From Eledone cirrhosa (taxonomy: Eukaryota): 64,000 bases of DNA. A program made the position numbers and the translations under genes. The DNA lies in contig OZ024740.1 of assembly GCA_964016885.1 (NCBI GenBank), forward strand, positions 139,376,001 to 139,440,000, given 5' to 3'. Of this stretch, positions 11,975 through 25,295 are shown in pieces; within the stretch, counting starts at the first letter, position 1; each line of letters begins with the position of its first letter. The notes below the pieces were generated by a model that had not been told where the DNA came from, searched no databases, and saw only the letters and a list, made by a program, of their open reading frames with translations.

Positions 11975-13160
11975 ATATTTCTCCATGGGATCGTTTGACA
12001 GTGCTGACGTTTGCGACTTGGTTGGCTTATTTATTTTAGACTTATTACGTGTTAGATTCCCGGAATTCCACACGGGAATATACCGCGACGATGGACTGAC
12101 CTTATCGAGCCATAAAAGTGGTCACGACCTCGACCTGTTTAAAAAGGACTTAGCTTCTACCTTCAATGAGTTAGGACTTAGGATAACAGAAGCTACCAAC
12201 CACTCTAGCGTAGATTTCTTAGACATTAATTTAGACCTTCGCACACACACCTACTGACCCTTCCATAAGCTTAACGAAAAACTCAATTACATTCACAAGG
12301 ACTCATGCTACCCTCCTACTGTTTTTAGAAACTTCGTAAATAATATCATTACTAGAATCTCAAATCTCTCCTCTAATAAGGCTATCTTTGACAGAGCGGC
12401 ACCCTACTATAACACGGCGTTAGCTAAAAGCGGCTTCTCGCAACCTATCACTTACTCTCTCACTAACAACAACAGCAATAAGAAAACAAAGCGTAACAAT
12501 AGACAAACTATCTGGTTCTCTCCTCCCTTCTCACTCTACGTTAAAACCAATGTAGGCAAAAAGTTTCTAGCCCTCTTAGATAGACACTTTCCCATACGTC
12601 ATAGATACCGCTCCATCTTTAACCGACACAAAGTAAAACTAGGATACTCCTGTGCTAAAAACATGAAGGCCCACATCACCAACAGCCCTAAGAGAAACAC
12701 CCCACCAGGTTGCTCATGCCGTAAGCCCGAAGCTTATCCCCTTCAACACCAATGCAACACACCTGCTGTAGTTTATGAAGCTCTGGTCACTTCCAACCGA
12801 CCAAATCAACTACAGGAGGTCAAATCCTATGTGGGTATGGCGGAGGGCTGATTTAAGGAACGCTTCCTGAACCACCAGTCGACCTTTAGGTACTCGGACA
12901 GACGTTTATCCACGAAACTCGCGAGCCACGTATGGTCCCTCAGGGACTCAAGTATAGACTACTCCATTCAATGGAAAGCCATCACTAAGTCCAAGCCATA
13001 CGCAAGGGGCAATCCGTCGTGTGGACTATGTATTGATGAACGAATAAATATTCTAAAGAGATTACGCAATAGCGATTGCCTAAACTTAAGAATTGAATTC
13101 TTCACACGTTGTCCACACGTCTGGAAACACCTCTTACATAACTACAAAGCGCCGGATTGA
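11975..13160 (+). pseudogene. Penelope-like element (Naiad-type) RT C-terminal half plus GIY-YIG, 5'-truncated, with two in-frame TGA stops
   Basis: One frame reads MGSFDSA, IYRDDGL, DFLDINLDL, WFSPPF, CSCRKPEAYPLQHQC, VVY...SYVG and CGLC..LNLRIE...CPH. TGA occurs at 12255-12257 and 12849-12851. Confidence 0.92.
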
Positions 13161-13322
13161 ATTACAACAACATCCTAATTTTCTTATCAACTAAAAACTT
13201 TCGGACTTTCGCTGTTATCTCCCTTACACCTCTCGCACGCAATTTAGTACTGCCTGAGTGAAGTGACCATTTCTGCGTATGCGCGTTCGTACGGTTGTCC
13301 TTCCTGTTCCGTATAACCATAT

Positions 13323-13372
13323 CCATTACGAGCTGAGGATCGGCTAAGGTGAAACAATTGTTCTCGGTATGG
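13323..13372 (+). ncRNA. Minimal type I hammerhead ribozyme in the PLE 3' UTR/pLTR
   Basis: ccattacgag-CTGAGGA-tcggctaaggt-GAAAC-aatt-GTT-ctcggtatgg. Confidence 0.75.
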
Positions 13373-13935
13373 TGAACTAACTGTTGTGTAACCACTTCTA
13401 CCTAACTCGTCCCATGGACTGGGTGCTCTACCACTATGGATATTACCTCTACCACTATATATATATATATATAGCAAGGGTCAAAATATAACTCTATATG
13501 TGCGTGTTTGTTTTACGTTTATTATTTTTTTTTCATGTCCCACCACTTAGTGGTCCGACATATACAGATCGATTAAATAAATATCATATTTCGAAAGTTG
13601 AAATTCGGGGGACGAAATCCCTACAATTCGTTACCCCAATATGAACGTAGTCAAATATCTCAGACCAGTAAAATAGTAAACATTCATGGAAACGGCACAT
13701 ATATGAATGACTGCGAGGGCGTCCAAAACCTAAAGGGAATAACGCATGGGACGCTATAATTGTTATTAAACGTCTACAATGTTAAAGAGATTATCGTGTA
13801 CACTTAGTCATTTCACAAAACATATTTCTGTGAAGAAAGGGCTCTTTCAAGTGGTGTTCTTTTTATTTTACTTATAAACACTAACACATAACACCAGCCG
13901 GGCATGTTTCATCTCCATATATATATATATATATA

Positions 13936-13998
<63 letters not shown>

Positions 13999-14131
13999 AT
14001 ATATATCTATATATATATCTATCTCACTTTCTCTCTCTCTCTCTCTCTCTCTCTGTATATATATATATAAATATATATAAATATATATATATATATAAAT
14101 ATATATAAATATATATATATATAAATATATC

Positions 14132-14169
<38 letters not shown>

Positions 14170-14177
14170 TATATAAG

Positions 14178-14209
<32 letters not shown>

Positions 14210-14216
14210 TATATAA

Positions 14217-14270
<54 letters not shown>

Positions 14271-14503
14271 TATATATATATAAATATATATATATATATT
14301 TTCTGTAAATATCTTGATACATACATACATATACGTAAACATGCATGTATAGGAAGATGTCTGCAATAGGAGAGGTAAATCAATTAGCAACTTAAGCCAC
14401 CCAGGTAGATAAGAAACCTTGAGGTGAATGTCAGCAACCTGTGAAACGATATCATAGTTCATGAAGAGCTTGGTAAACAAATACAATCTCCATTTCGGAT
14501 ATA

Positions 14504-14777
14504 CAGATGCGGTGGAAACATTTCTGAAATGGGGTTCAGCGTGGGAGTAAATTTTTTCAATTTAGCTGTAGTGATTAATTTAGCTGTTATTATCAACCAA
14601 GATATTAAAAAAAAAACTTCGATATGCGATAAACATAACTTGTACATAAATTGTAGCGCATATATAAATAGATGTGTGTTTTGGTAGTTTCTGGAGAAAA
14701 ATATAATTATCATATGGGGATGGGGGGGGGGATATGCCCCCCCCCTACCCCCCACCCATCCAGTTCCACCGCCCCTG
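14504..14777. mobile_element. Putative MITE (non-autonomous DNA transposon)
   Basis: Imperfect TIRs cagatgcggtggaa / ttccaccgcccctg, with atata on both flanks. Confidence 0.5.
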
Positions 14778-15399
14778 ATATAACTGATAAAACAGGGGAA
14801 CATCTGTATGTTAGTTTGACCTGTTAGAAATAGCTGATAAATATCACTTGAATTATATCCCGCCGTCTTATTAAAAATACCAACTGACTTGACAGGAATG
14901 GCACGTGTGTTCTAAACGCAATCAATTGAAGATCCAACGTGGCACCTCGTATGAATTACATTCCATTCGTGGGACTTTTGAATAGTGTCACTCTGCTTAA
15001 TACCGGTTACAAGACTTGGGGCAACCCAAGGTTAGTGTTAAGACATTGCCCAAAATGCAAAGCAACGGGATCAAATCCGGATGCTCAAGATTATTGTGAA
15101 GAACCTAATCGGCCATGCTCTCGCGCACACACACACACCTCCCTTCATATATATATATAAATGTATTTATGTATGTATATATACATATACATAGACACAA
15201 ACATGATAACGTTCCGGTTCATTCTTGGCAAAGAAAGGCATCTAGCTCATTTGCTCGGGTCCCTACACTCCAAACATGGCTATTTCTGACGTCTTTAAGT
15301 ACCAAGAGAACATTATGCAGACTGCACCGGTGGAGCCGGGAGCTATCTTAGAAAAAGCCTACTTTGAAGGGGATTAGGAATTAAATACCACCATATAAT

Positions 15400-16330
15400 G
15401 CGCGTATTTTTTCCCTCCTAAGTCGGATACTTTCTCGAGATAGATTTTCTTTTGAAAAGACTATCGAAGAATTTTGAGTGACTGGCATAAATTAACCCGT
15501 TTTGTTGAGCGCTCTTTAAGCATAACAATTTTCTTCATCACAACATGATGGATCTATATGGAATAAATTACTCCACCAACCTTATAACGACACCAATCAA
15601 CACTTCCTACTCCTAAATGCGCCTTGAAAAAGTAGAAATATAGTACATAGACTGAAATGGAAAGCTCTACCCTTTGACAGATTTAATCTCCAATCTAAAC
15701 CGACTTCTTAGATTTGATCTCCAATATCAACTTTCCGTATGAATCATAATCCTTATCAAAATACTCTTTTAAAAGACATAAAAAATTCAAATCCTCTAAA
15801 AATGTCTTTGTCTTTTCTGACAACACGAGAAATCTGTATGAAGTAGATAAAGGAAGGTATAACTTGCCTATCTGATAAATACCAGAAAGCCAAACCTAAC
15901 ACCTATAATATGATTAACGATGAAACCAAAGATATTTTAAGATCGACATTAGCGTAGAAGGCTTAGCTATATGTGATGCCTTTATTACCCTGAATGTTCA
16001 GAAACCTGACTTTATGAACAGGCCTAGCTGTAGATTGATAAACTCTGCAAGGAGAAAGTTAGGACTAGCTAGTAAAAACAATATTAAGAGAAATTAATTC
16101 ACGCACTATTAAAAACACCAGACTCTCACTGTCATATTCTGGTTCTTAGACACCCCTTATAAGGTCAGGGCTAAAATTAACGCATTTTCATATTATTGAT
16201 TTTTATTCTCCGTTTCTAGGACCCTCCTTGGTAATGCTTTAGTCTTCTCCCCTTCTTTCATGAACATCAGGGACCAGGAATTAGAATTAATATTCTACGC
16301 CCGAAGAATCTCGGAAGATAACCAGAATTG
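15400..16330 (+). pseudogene. Highly degenerate Naiad-type PLE N-terminal/RT fragment
   Basis: 15978-16050 reads AFITL..QKPDFMNRPSCRLINSA, homologous to LKDHKSNFNSNPSIRLICPS of the 943-2874 ORF. Many frameshifts. Confidence 0.7.
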
Positions 16331-16395
16331 GACCTTGAAACATTGTGTTGCACTTTTTGTTCTATGTCTGAACATAAATTAATAATAACAATAAT

Positions 16396-16585
16396 ATTTG
16401 TTTCTACTTTTGGCACAAGGCCAGCAAATACCCAGTGTATTACTGGTACATTATTTTATCGACCCCGTAAGGATGAAAGCAAAGTTAACCTCGGCGGAAT
16501 TTGAACTCAGAATGGAAAGGGCCGTAACACAATGCGTCAAAGCATGGCGTCCGACCCTCTACCAATACTGCCAATTGACCGCCCT
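16396..16585 (-). mobile_element. tRNA-type SINE (main family)
   Basis: The minus strand has gagttcaaat (B-box), the core catccttacggggtcgataaaata..taccag and the 3' end ccttgtgcc..aagtagaaac. Confidence 0.85.
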
Positions 16586-16605
16586 AATAATATATATATA
16601 TATAT

Positions 16606-16801
16606 CGACAATCCATTGACTTTTGTCAAAGCGTACCGAGGAAACAATGTTTCCGTTGGTGTTTCCAATTGCTAATACTATCTATCAGTCGCAACCAACT
16701 CCAGATAGAAGGAGCGACGTGAAATAAAGTGTCTTGCCCAAGGACATAACGCATCACCCGGTCCAGGAATTGAACTCACAGACAGCCTCACGGTTGCGAG
16801 T

Positions 16802-16838
<37 letters not shown>

Positions 16839-17757
16839 ATAATAATAAATGTGAAGAATAAAATCCAAAGAGAGCTCGATAAGGAGCAAATATTTATTAA
16901 AATAACAGATTAAAGTTTAAGCAAGGAATCGCTGCTTTCACCCTAACGGGATCTTCTGAAACTAAAAAAATTCGCTTCTTTTGTCTGGAGTTGCGACCGA
17001 TAGTAGTATTAGCAATTGAAAAGATCAACGGAAACATTGTTGTTTCCTCGGTACGATTTGACAAAAGTCAATCGATTGTATATGTACGTTTGGTGAACAT
17101 GTATGTATTTACCTGTGTGTGTGTGCGCGCGCGCGCACGTGTGTGTGTGTGTGTGTGCATTATACGATTCATGTGTGTATATTTATATACGTTTATATAA
17201 TTATATGTATACACACACACACACATATTTTTATATGGGTATTTGGTGTATATGTTCGTATATGTTTGGGTACATGTGTCGTGCGGGTTTACGTACGTGT
17301 GCGCGTGTTTATGTGTACGTGCATGTATATGCATGAATGGCGTGTGTTTTTGCGTATGCTTGTGTATGGTGTATGTATAAATATAGATGTGTATATTTTT
17401 AATTATTATTACTTTTATGATTTCAATAACCTCTGTCATTTTCGTTCTCTTAATTCCGAAGCCGAGAATCATTCGGTAGAATATTAGTCTAATGACTCCA
17501 TTTATAGCATAAACGTGGTTTTGTCTTTGCGTGTATTTGTTCTCATCGGTCCACATAACGACGTATTATCTTTGCATTTTCCCGTTCATTGCCAGGGAAC
17601 ATCTTCACATACCAAACTATCGTCTTCCTGTTTTCCTTCGGTTGCAACGTTTTTCGAAATATTTACTTCTGCGTTCACAGATTGATTCTTTTAGTTTCAG
17701 AAGATCCCGTTAAGGGTGAAAGCAGCTATTCTTTGCTTAAACTTTAATGTTATTTAA
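16606..17757. repeat. Interleaved inverted repeats involving family B
   Basis: 16606-16716 is the reverse complement of 16974-17080, and 16895-16968 is the reverse complement of 17690-17757. Confidence 0.7.
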
Positions 17758-17775
17758 TATATATATATATATATA

Positions 17776-18020
17776 AATTAGAAACATAAGCTTTCACCGT
17801 ACTTTTGACAAAAGACATTTTTTAGCCTGATAGTTGGGTATCCTCAGAGAATTGGAAAAAGATGAGTATTGACGTACGTGGGTCAATACTCATCTTTTTC
17901 CATTTCTCTGAGGGTTCTAAACCCCACTATCAAGCTAAACAATTTCTTTTGTCAAAAATACGGTGAAAGTTTATATTTCTAATTTCAAACTCGTTCACTG
18001 TTTCAAAGCATACTTACACA
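17776..18020 (+). mobile_element. Fold-back mini-element family E
   Basis: Imperfect palindrome 17776-17984 with apex acgtacgtggg, TA/CA-flanked. Confidence 0.7.
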
Positions 18021-18112
18021 CACACATATATATATGTGTGTTTGTAAGTATGTTTTGAAATATTGGCGATTTATCGGCTTACGTGCCTACAAACATGCAT
18101 GCAAACATGTAA

Positions 18113-18186
<74 letters not shown>

Positions 18187-18550
18187 TTGAGTATATGTTG
18201 GTTGTTTACCGACACCTCAGTATGCAGATTGGAGCACTCGACGAAGTACGCAGGTTGGTTTGGTTACTCCGGAGTAATGTAAAATAAAGTAATTAAGTCA
18301 AATATTTAAGATTTGGCTTCGTTTATTAAAGATGTACTGCTATATATATTTCGGTGACAGCCATCATTGGCTGTGACCTCTTCAGGCAGTTCGAATTGCT
18401 GTGGTAGAGACAGGTACACATGTTGTTAAAGTGTTTTACTCCGTCAATACTCCGATATGTCCAGCTCCTGGTTGGGTTGTTATTTCTCTGAAATTTACAT
18501 GTTTGCATGCATGTTTGTAGGCACGTAAGCCGATAAATCGCCAATATTTC
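18187..18550 (-). mobile_element. HHR-bearing element family F with a separate inverted fragment
   Basis: Homologous to 21285-21598 (+). 18057-18114 is the reverse complement of 18493-18550. Confidence 0.75.
18336..18390 (-). ncRNA. Type I hammerhead ribozyme
   Basis: Minus strand: ctgc-CTGAAGA-ggtcacagcca-atga-tggctgtcacc-GAAAT-atat-ATA-gcag. Confidence 0.8.
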
Positions 18551-18869
18551 GCCGTTGTTCTACAGACTTATGGGATAAAAAACTCTTTGAGGTGTTGATG
18601 TTGTTTCTAGCTGGTCGCTATACTACGTAGTATTGAGGTTTCCTAGTACTGAATTAAGAGTTAAGGTCGCTCAAATACGTGTCACTTGGAAAGTGACTTT
18701 GTTTGCGCATGACTAATTTCCATGTACACAGAAGCGAAGTGTTCATGAATTGCGCTTATTCATCTAATTGGTTTTTGTGTTAACTCATCCATATAATTTC
18801 ATTCTGACTCTTCCAGATTTTGTTCTTTCTAGATTTAATATATACTTTCGCTTCTCTCTCTCGCTCTCA

Positions 18870-18942
<73 letters not shown>

Positions 18943-19448
18943 CCCCTCTCTCTCTCTCTCTCTCTGTTATATGCACACAAATACACAAATAACCACATAC
19001 ATCTCCCCCCCTCTCTCTCTCTAATTCTTCTAACTCTCCTTTACTGGTACGCTTTTTTTTCGCTACTCTCACACACCTGCACATATATATAAACACACCA
19101 TTCCTTCACCTTCTCTTTTACTCTTTCTATTCTTTGCTTGTCTCTTCCTTCATGCTCCTTCTCCCCCCCCCCCCGCCCCCCAAATTCTACTCCCTCTCTT
19201 TATATATACCTTTCACACTTTCTTTCATAAACGATACTTGAAAGTTGACCCACAAAATGATAAATGATATATTTATTGCTTCTAACCAGCTCATTCTCCT
19301 ACAGATATATAATCTATAGGCGTGAACCTAGAATACCAATCACTTTTAAACCATATCATCTGATAAACATCAGCGTTCTTTTTTCTTCTTTTTATCATTC
19401 ATTTCTCTATTTTCTTTCTTTTAATCAATTATATTAATAATGACGAAT

Positions 19449-19667
19449 GGCGGTGGATTGGCAGTGTCGGTAGAAGGTCTGACGCCATGCTTTGCAGCAA
19501 AGAGTTACGGCCCTTTATGGTCTGAGTTCAAATCCCGCCGAGGTTAACTTTGCCTTTCATCCTTACAGGGTCGATAAAATAAAGTACCAGTAATACATTG
19601 GGATAATTACTGGCCTTGTGCAAAGCATGGCGTCCGACCCTCTACCGATACTGCCAATCCACCGCCA
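19449..19667 (+). mobile_element. tRNA-type SINE (main family) ending in an inverted copy of its own 5' end
   Basis: The SINE spans 19449-19620, and 19619-19667 is the reverse complement of the SINE head. Confidence 0.8.
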
Positions 19668-19819
19668 GTCTTTAAGAATAATGATGATAAACACATTGGA
19701 TAATTTAATCCGAGATAGACTACGTTCGAGAAGAAGAAAAAAGACGATATAAACGCGGATCGATTGATTGCCATTGATGATATATCTAATCCAACAGCAC
19801 TCACGTGACATTGAACACA

Positions 19820-19840
19820 ACCACCATAAAGGGTAGCAGC

Positions 19841-19871
<31 letters not shown>

Positions 19872-19873
19872 CC

Positions 19874-19904
<31 letters not shown>

Positions 19905-20310
19905 GCAATATCAACAACATCATTAACAGAAACCAAATCAGAATGAGCGGAAAAAAAACAACAACCTTAGAAACACTAGATAAAAACAACAACAATAACA
20001 ACAGCAACAACAACAACAATAACATCAACAAAACAAAAGAATAAAATCAGTTTCCATAAAAAACGCAGCAACATCAATAACAACCATATTGACAACGAAA
20101 ATGATAACGGTTACACATAGGCTTCGCTTTATATTTGCATATAAATAACTACAGGAATGAAAAAAAATAGATAGATAAAGATATAAATAACAAAACTAAT
20201 AAAATAAATAAACATGGTGGTGAAGATGGTGGTGGGGAAGGTGGGGAAGATTGTGGTGAAGATTGTGGTGAAGATGGTGGTGAAGATGGTGGTGAAGATG
20301 GTGGTGACGA
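19820..20310. repeat. (CAG)n/(CAC)n/(CAA)n tracts and a 12-bp ggtgaagatggt minisatellite
   Basis: Direct reading. Confidence 0.85.
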
Positions 20311-20530
20311 AGGCAGCGGGCAAGCTTTAAATAGGAGAAGCATTGATAAATTCCAATCCATGTAGTCATTTGATTTAGATGAGTTAATTATAATTATTGG
20401 CAGGGGAAGGAGAGGTTGTAGGCAAATATCAATATGTTTCTTTCATTGGAACAGAATAAAATATCAACAACAATAACAACAGCAGCAACACCAACAACAC
20501 CAATATATCAGTAAATCGTATATTTATATG

Positions 20531-20953
20531 TAAAAGGTAAACAGAAATAAAAACACAATCGGTACAGTATATGGAAGGGATATATTAGGTTAAAGCTTGA
20601 TATAGCAAGAAGAGGGTCTTAACATTTCGGACACTAGTCCTTCATCAGAAGAAATAATTGTTTCTACTTTAGGCACAAGGCCAGCAATTACCCAGTGCAT
20701 TACTGGTACTTTATTTTATCGACCCTGTAAGGATGAAAGCAAAGTCAACCTCGGCGGGATTTGAACTCAGATCATAAAGGGACGTAACTATGCTGGACAG
20801 CATGGCGTCCGACCCTCTACCGATACTGCCAATCCACCGCCCTTTCATCAGAAGAAATAATGAGAAATAGGATAGATTGAGGGGACGGGCGGGATAGAAT
20901 TTGAAAAAATGTATTTAGATAGAAATAACAGATCCATTCATGTTGACATTTCT

Positions 20954-20955
<2 letters not shown>
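20531..20955 (-). mobile_element. Family C element with HHR (20617-20652), interrupted by a SINE
   Basis: Reverse-complement homolog of 8092-8310, split at the ribozyme. Confidence 0.8.
20660..20842 (-). mobile_element. tRNA-type SINE (main family) with ~18 bp TSD
   Basis: A full SINE flanked by ttcatcagaagaaa(a)taat at ~20641-20659 and ~20844-20861. Confidence 0.88.
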
Positions 20956-21016
<61 letters not shown>

Positions 21017-21139
21017 GGAGGTGAGTTTTATTATAGTACAATAAAGCAATGCAGATATCGGATAAGAAGCACTCTACAGTTTGTAGGACTGGAGTATACA
21101 TAATATATAAGATCAAAAGATGGTTAAATGAGTTCCATG

Positions 21140-21210
21140 TATTTTATTATGCGCATTTCAAAAACAAATATCATCATGCAATAACATTTGTATTTTCATC
21201 AGATAAAATA
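21140..21210 (-). ncRNA. Type I hammerhead ribozyme (family I)
   Basis: Minus strand: tattttat-CTGATGA-aaatacaaat...atttgttttt-GAAAT-gcgc-ATA-ataaaata. Confidence 0.75.
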
Positions 21211-21284
21211 GGAGGACATGATATGAAGGATAAAAACACTTGTGGATAGTGTAGTTTTAAATCAACATATGTTGAAGCATATGA

Positions 21285-21598
21285 TTCCAGTTCCTCGGAG
21301 GACTAACAACACACCCAGGAGCTGGACATATCGATGAATTGAGAGAGTGGAACACATTTCAACAACATGTTTACCTCTCTTTTCCACATTAATTCGTACT
21401 GCCTGAAGAGGTCACAGACAATAATAGCTGCCAGCGAACTATATATAGCAGAGAATTTATAATAAACGAAGCCAATTTTACATGTTTAACTTACTTATTT
21501 TACATTACTCCGGAGTAAACAAACCAACCTACGTACTTCGTAGAGTGCTCCAATCTGCATACTGAGGTGTCGGTAAACAACCAACATATACTCAACAT
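21285..21598 (+). mobile_element. Family F element with degenerate HHR (21399-21451)
   Basis: ctgcCTGAAGAggtcacag...GAACTatatATAgcag; homolog of 18187-18490. Confidence 0.75.
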
Positions 21599-21599
21599 T

Positions 21600-21693
<94 letters not shown>

Positions 21694-21751
21694 CACGCAC
21701 ATATATTACACACACACACACACACATATATATATATGTATATATATATAT

Positions 21752-21930
21752 GAAAAGATTCAGCACCCCAATGGCTCAGCTCCAGCCGTTTCGACAGCTA
21801 GATCCGAAACGGCCGAAGCTCAGCCGTCGGGGTCCTGAAGCTTTCCATATTACCCACTCTACTACTCCAAGTAGCGAGTACTCTGGTGGGTTATGGTCCA
21901 CCTGGTATTTTACCACACCCTATCCGATAT
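21752..21930 (+). mobile_element. Fold-back mini-element family A (diverged)
   Basis: Palindrome about gccgtttcg...cgaaacggc followed by the family A tail. Confidence 0.75.
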
Positions 21931-21965
21931 ATATATATGTATAAATATATATATATATATCAAGT

Positions 21966-22248
<283 letters not shown>

Positions 22249-22509
22249 CTAAGTTCCTTTTCCCAAATTCTTTTCTTATTCTATTTGCAAACCGCTGCTT
22301 TCTTTTATTACTTTTTTATAGCGTTTGCTGGGGCGAAATATACGGAACCACTTTAGCCATGTACATGTGAATTGAAAATATATACTCATACAATTTCTTA
22401 TATATACCAAATATTCCAAACTTACTAATGGACAAGCCGTGCTGTCGGTATTTCCACAGCCGATGGTAAAGGTATCTGTTGTGTATGCGTGTGTGCTGGT
22501 CAGCACGCG

Positions 22510-22628
<119 letters not shown>

Positions 22629-22712
22629 TGGAAGATGTAGCGATAATATGAAGGGACAAATGCGTAAATAATAAATAAATAAATATGGCAATAAAATAAA
22701 ATTAAAATTAAA

Positions 22713-22898
22713 TAATTGTTTCTACATTTGGCACAAGGCCAACAATTACCCAGTGTATTACTGGTACTTTATTTTATCGACCCCGTAAGGATGAAAGGCA
22801 AAGTTAACCTCAGCGGGATTTGAACTCAGAATGGCAAGGGCCGTAACTCTATGCGTCAAAGCATGGCGTCCGACCCTCTACCGATACTGCCAATTCAC
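22713..22898 (-). mobile_element. tRNA-type SINE (main family)
   Basis: Same head, core and tail as 20660-20842. Confidence 0.85.
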
Positions 22899-23578
22899 TA
22901 AAATAATGGGGCATATAAATGCTTGCACACCAATTGACCTCAAGGAAAAACAGAAAAGGCTGCAATCTGATAATAAAAGGGATACAGTTAATATAGTTAA
23001 TATTAACAAGAAAAAAAAACCAACAATAATTTAAAAAAAATAATAATGAAAGCTCAGCCCCCCCCCCCCCCCCCTCCCCAAATAGTACAAACAAAATGGC
23101 CAAAATAACAACGAAAGCGGTTATTAAGCGGATGTAGGCGGAGTGGAGCGGAGAATGACGTCGGAGTTTGAGTGTCAAATGTTTCGAATACATTTACGTT
23201 CATGAAATGGATCGGAAATTTCAATGAACCAAACACAATTGAAAGGCCTCTTATCCTGAGTAAACTGACTACATTTGAAACCGAATATTCTTTACACGGT
23301 GACCTCGTCTGCAAGAAAAATAAATAAATAAGTAGTTAGATAGCTAAATAAATAAATATATAAATGAATAAATAAACAAATAAATACACAATAGTAAAGT
23401 ATATCATATATATATTTCCCACTCTACTACCCTAAGTATTGAGTACTCTGGTGCGTTATGGTCCATCTGGTTCCTTACCACAATTCCTTTGTTATATATA
23501 TATATATATGGAAAAATATATAATAAATATGTAAAATATACTTGAAGATACTGCACCAGTGAAATTATATGTATATAG

Positions 23579-23615
<37 letters not shown>

Positions 23616-23920
23616 AGTATATATTAAAAAATAAATAAAAAAGGATGCAAGATAAATATAACATAAATATAACAGGAGCCAAAAATATATGATTTAAATA
23701 TAAACAAGAATGAATGGGTTGATATATGTATATATAAATAAATAAAATAGAATCAGATGGAAAATGTACCGATTAACACCAATGGAAGAATTCAGTATGA
23801 GTAACCCGGTTTCTGTTTGACACGATTGTTCATGTTTGGTTTCATATATGAATGAATACATGCATAGATAGATTGATACATACATACATGTGTGTGTGTA
23901 AACACACACACACACACACA

Positions 23921-24007
<87 letters not shown>

Positions 24008-24355
24008 CAGTCGGAAAGAGATTAGTACGATTTACAAATCCATAAGGAATCCACAATTCCTAAATACTGTATATTTACATTAGAGATGTCCTGATATAGG
24101 TTTGTTAGACATAAGGTCAAATAGTGCCCAATATGTATGTATGTATGTATGTATGTAAGTATGTACGTATGTTTGTCTGTATGTATATATGTATGTATGT
24201 GTGTATGTGTATATATCATATGTGTATATATCATAAAATATATGGAATAATATAGACGAAATGACGACAAAGTAAATCAAGTCTTCATCTTTAAACAAAC
24301 CTATATATATATACTGTACCGATTGTGTTGTTTTTTCTGTTTACCTTTACCTTTG

Positions 24356-24396
<41 letters not shown>

Positions 24397-25142
24397 AATG
24401 TGTATATAGATCTCAGTTTGACAATCGCCACCGAAGAATGCGAAAAAGTTCTCCAGGAAAGTTAACCAGGAATCTTTAAAAATCTTCCCATCGAAGTTAA
24501 AGAACTTACTAGATCTACCAACTCATAATATTATAATATTATAAAATTAAATCAAATTATTTAGAACTACAAGTGAAGTCATTCTTTTCTTTTTTTTCAA
24601 ATATATATATATTTATATATATATATATATATATATTTGAAAAAAAAGAATACTACCATTTGCCTCCATCATGGATCAACTAAGCACTCTTGCTATATTA
24701 ACACATTTTGATCTGCTTATCTTCAAGAACTATGCCTGTAAATAACATTATTTTTTCTTTCACATTGCCTTATTATGCTCCACATTACGTTCCTTCTTTT
24801 TCTTTTTTCTTTTCACTTCATAAACCTTATTTGTAAATAACATTATTCTTTCTGCGCCATTTCCTTAACATGTTCAACACCACCATTCTACACCAATACA
24901 TATTATTATCATTTGATAATGCATAAACATGCTGAAACCGGTAATAGACAATTATTAAATATATAAATAAATAATAAATAAATGCCATTGTTAATTAATA
25001 AATAAATTAACTAATACCTTAACACTTCACACAAAGTAAAATATTTCGTTTTAATCATTTTCTAACCCAGAAAAAAGAGAGAGAAAATTAAAAATAAAAA
25101 CATATATTTTTCTTCCTAATAATCGTCTTTTTCTCCCTGTTT

Positions 25143-25213
<71 letters not shown>

Positions 25214-25243
25214 TGTAGATCTGTTTGTCTGTCTCTCTACCTC

Positions 25244-25291
<48 letters not shown>

Positions 25292-25295
<4 letters not shown>

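Noticed and set aside
12255-12851. Two in-frame TGA codons in a Naiad-type PLE as selenocysteine (some Naiads encode selenoproteins)
   Set aside because: They align to non-Cys positions (Y*P versus YQP; G*FK versus NNFK), and the conserved cysteines use normal codons. CGA-to-TGA CpG decay is the simpler explanation, and no SECIS was identified.
19449-19545. tRNA genes at SINE heads
   Set aside because: A/B-box-like motifs continue into the SINE core and tail, with no complete cloverleaf.
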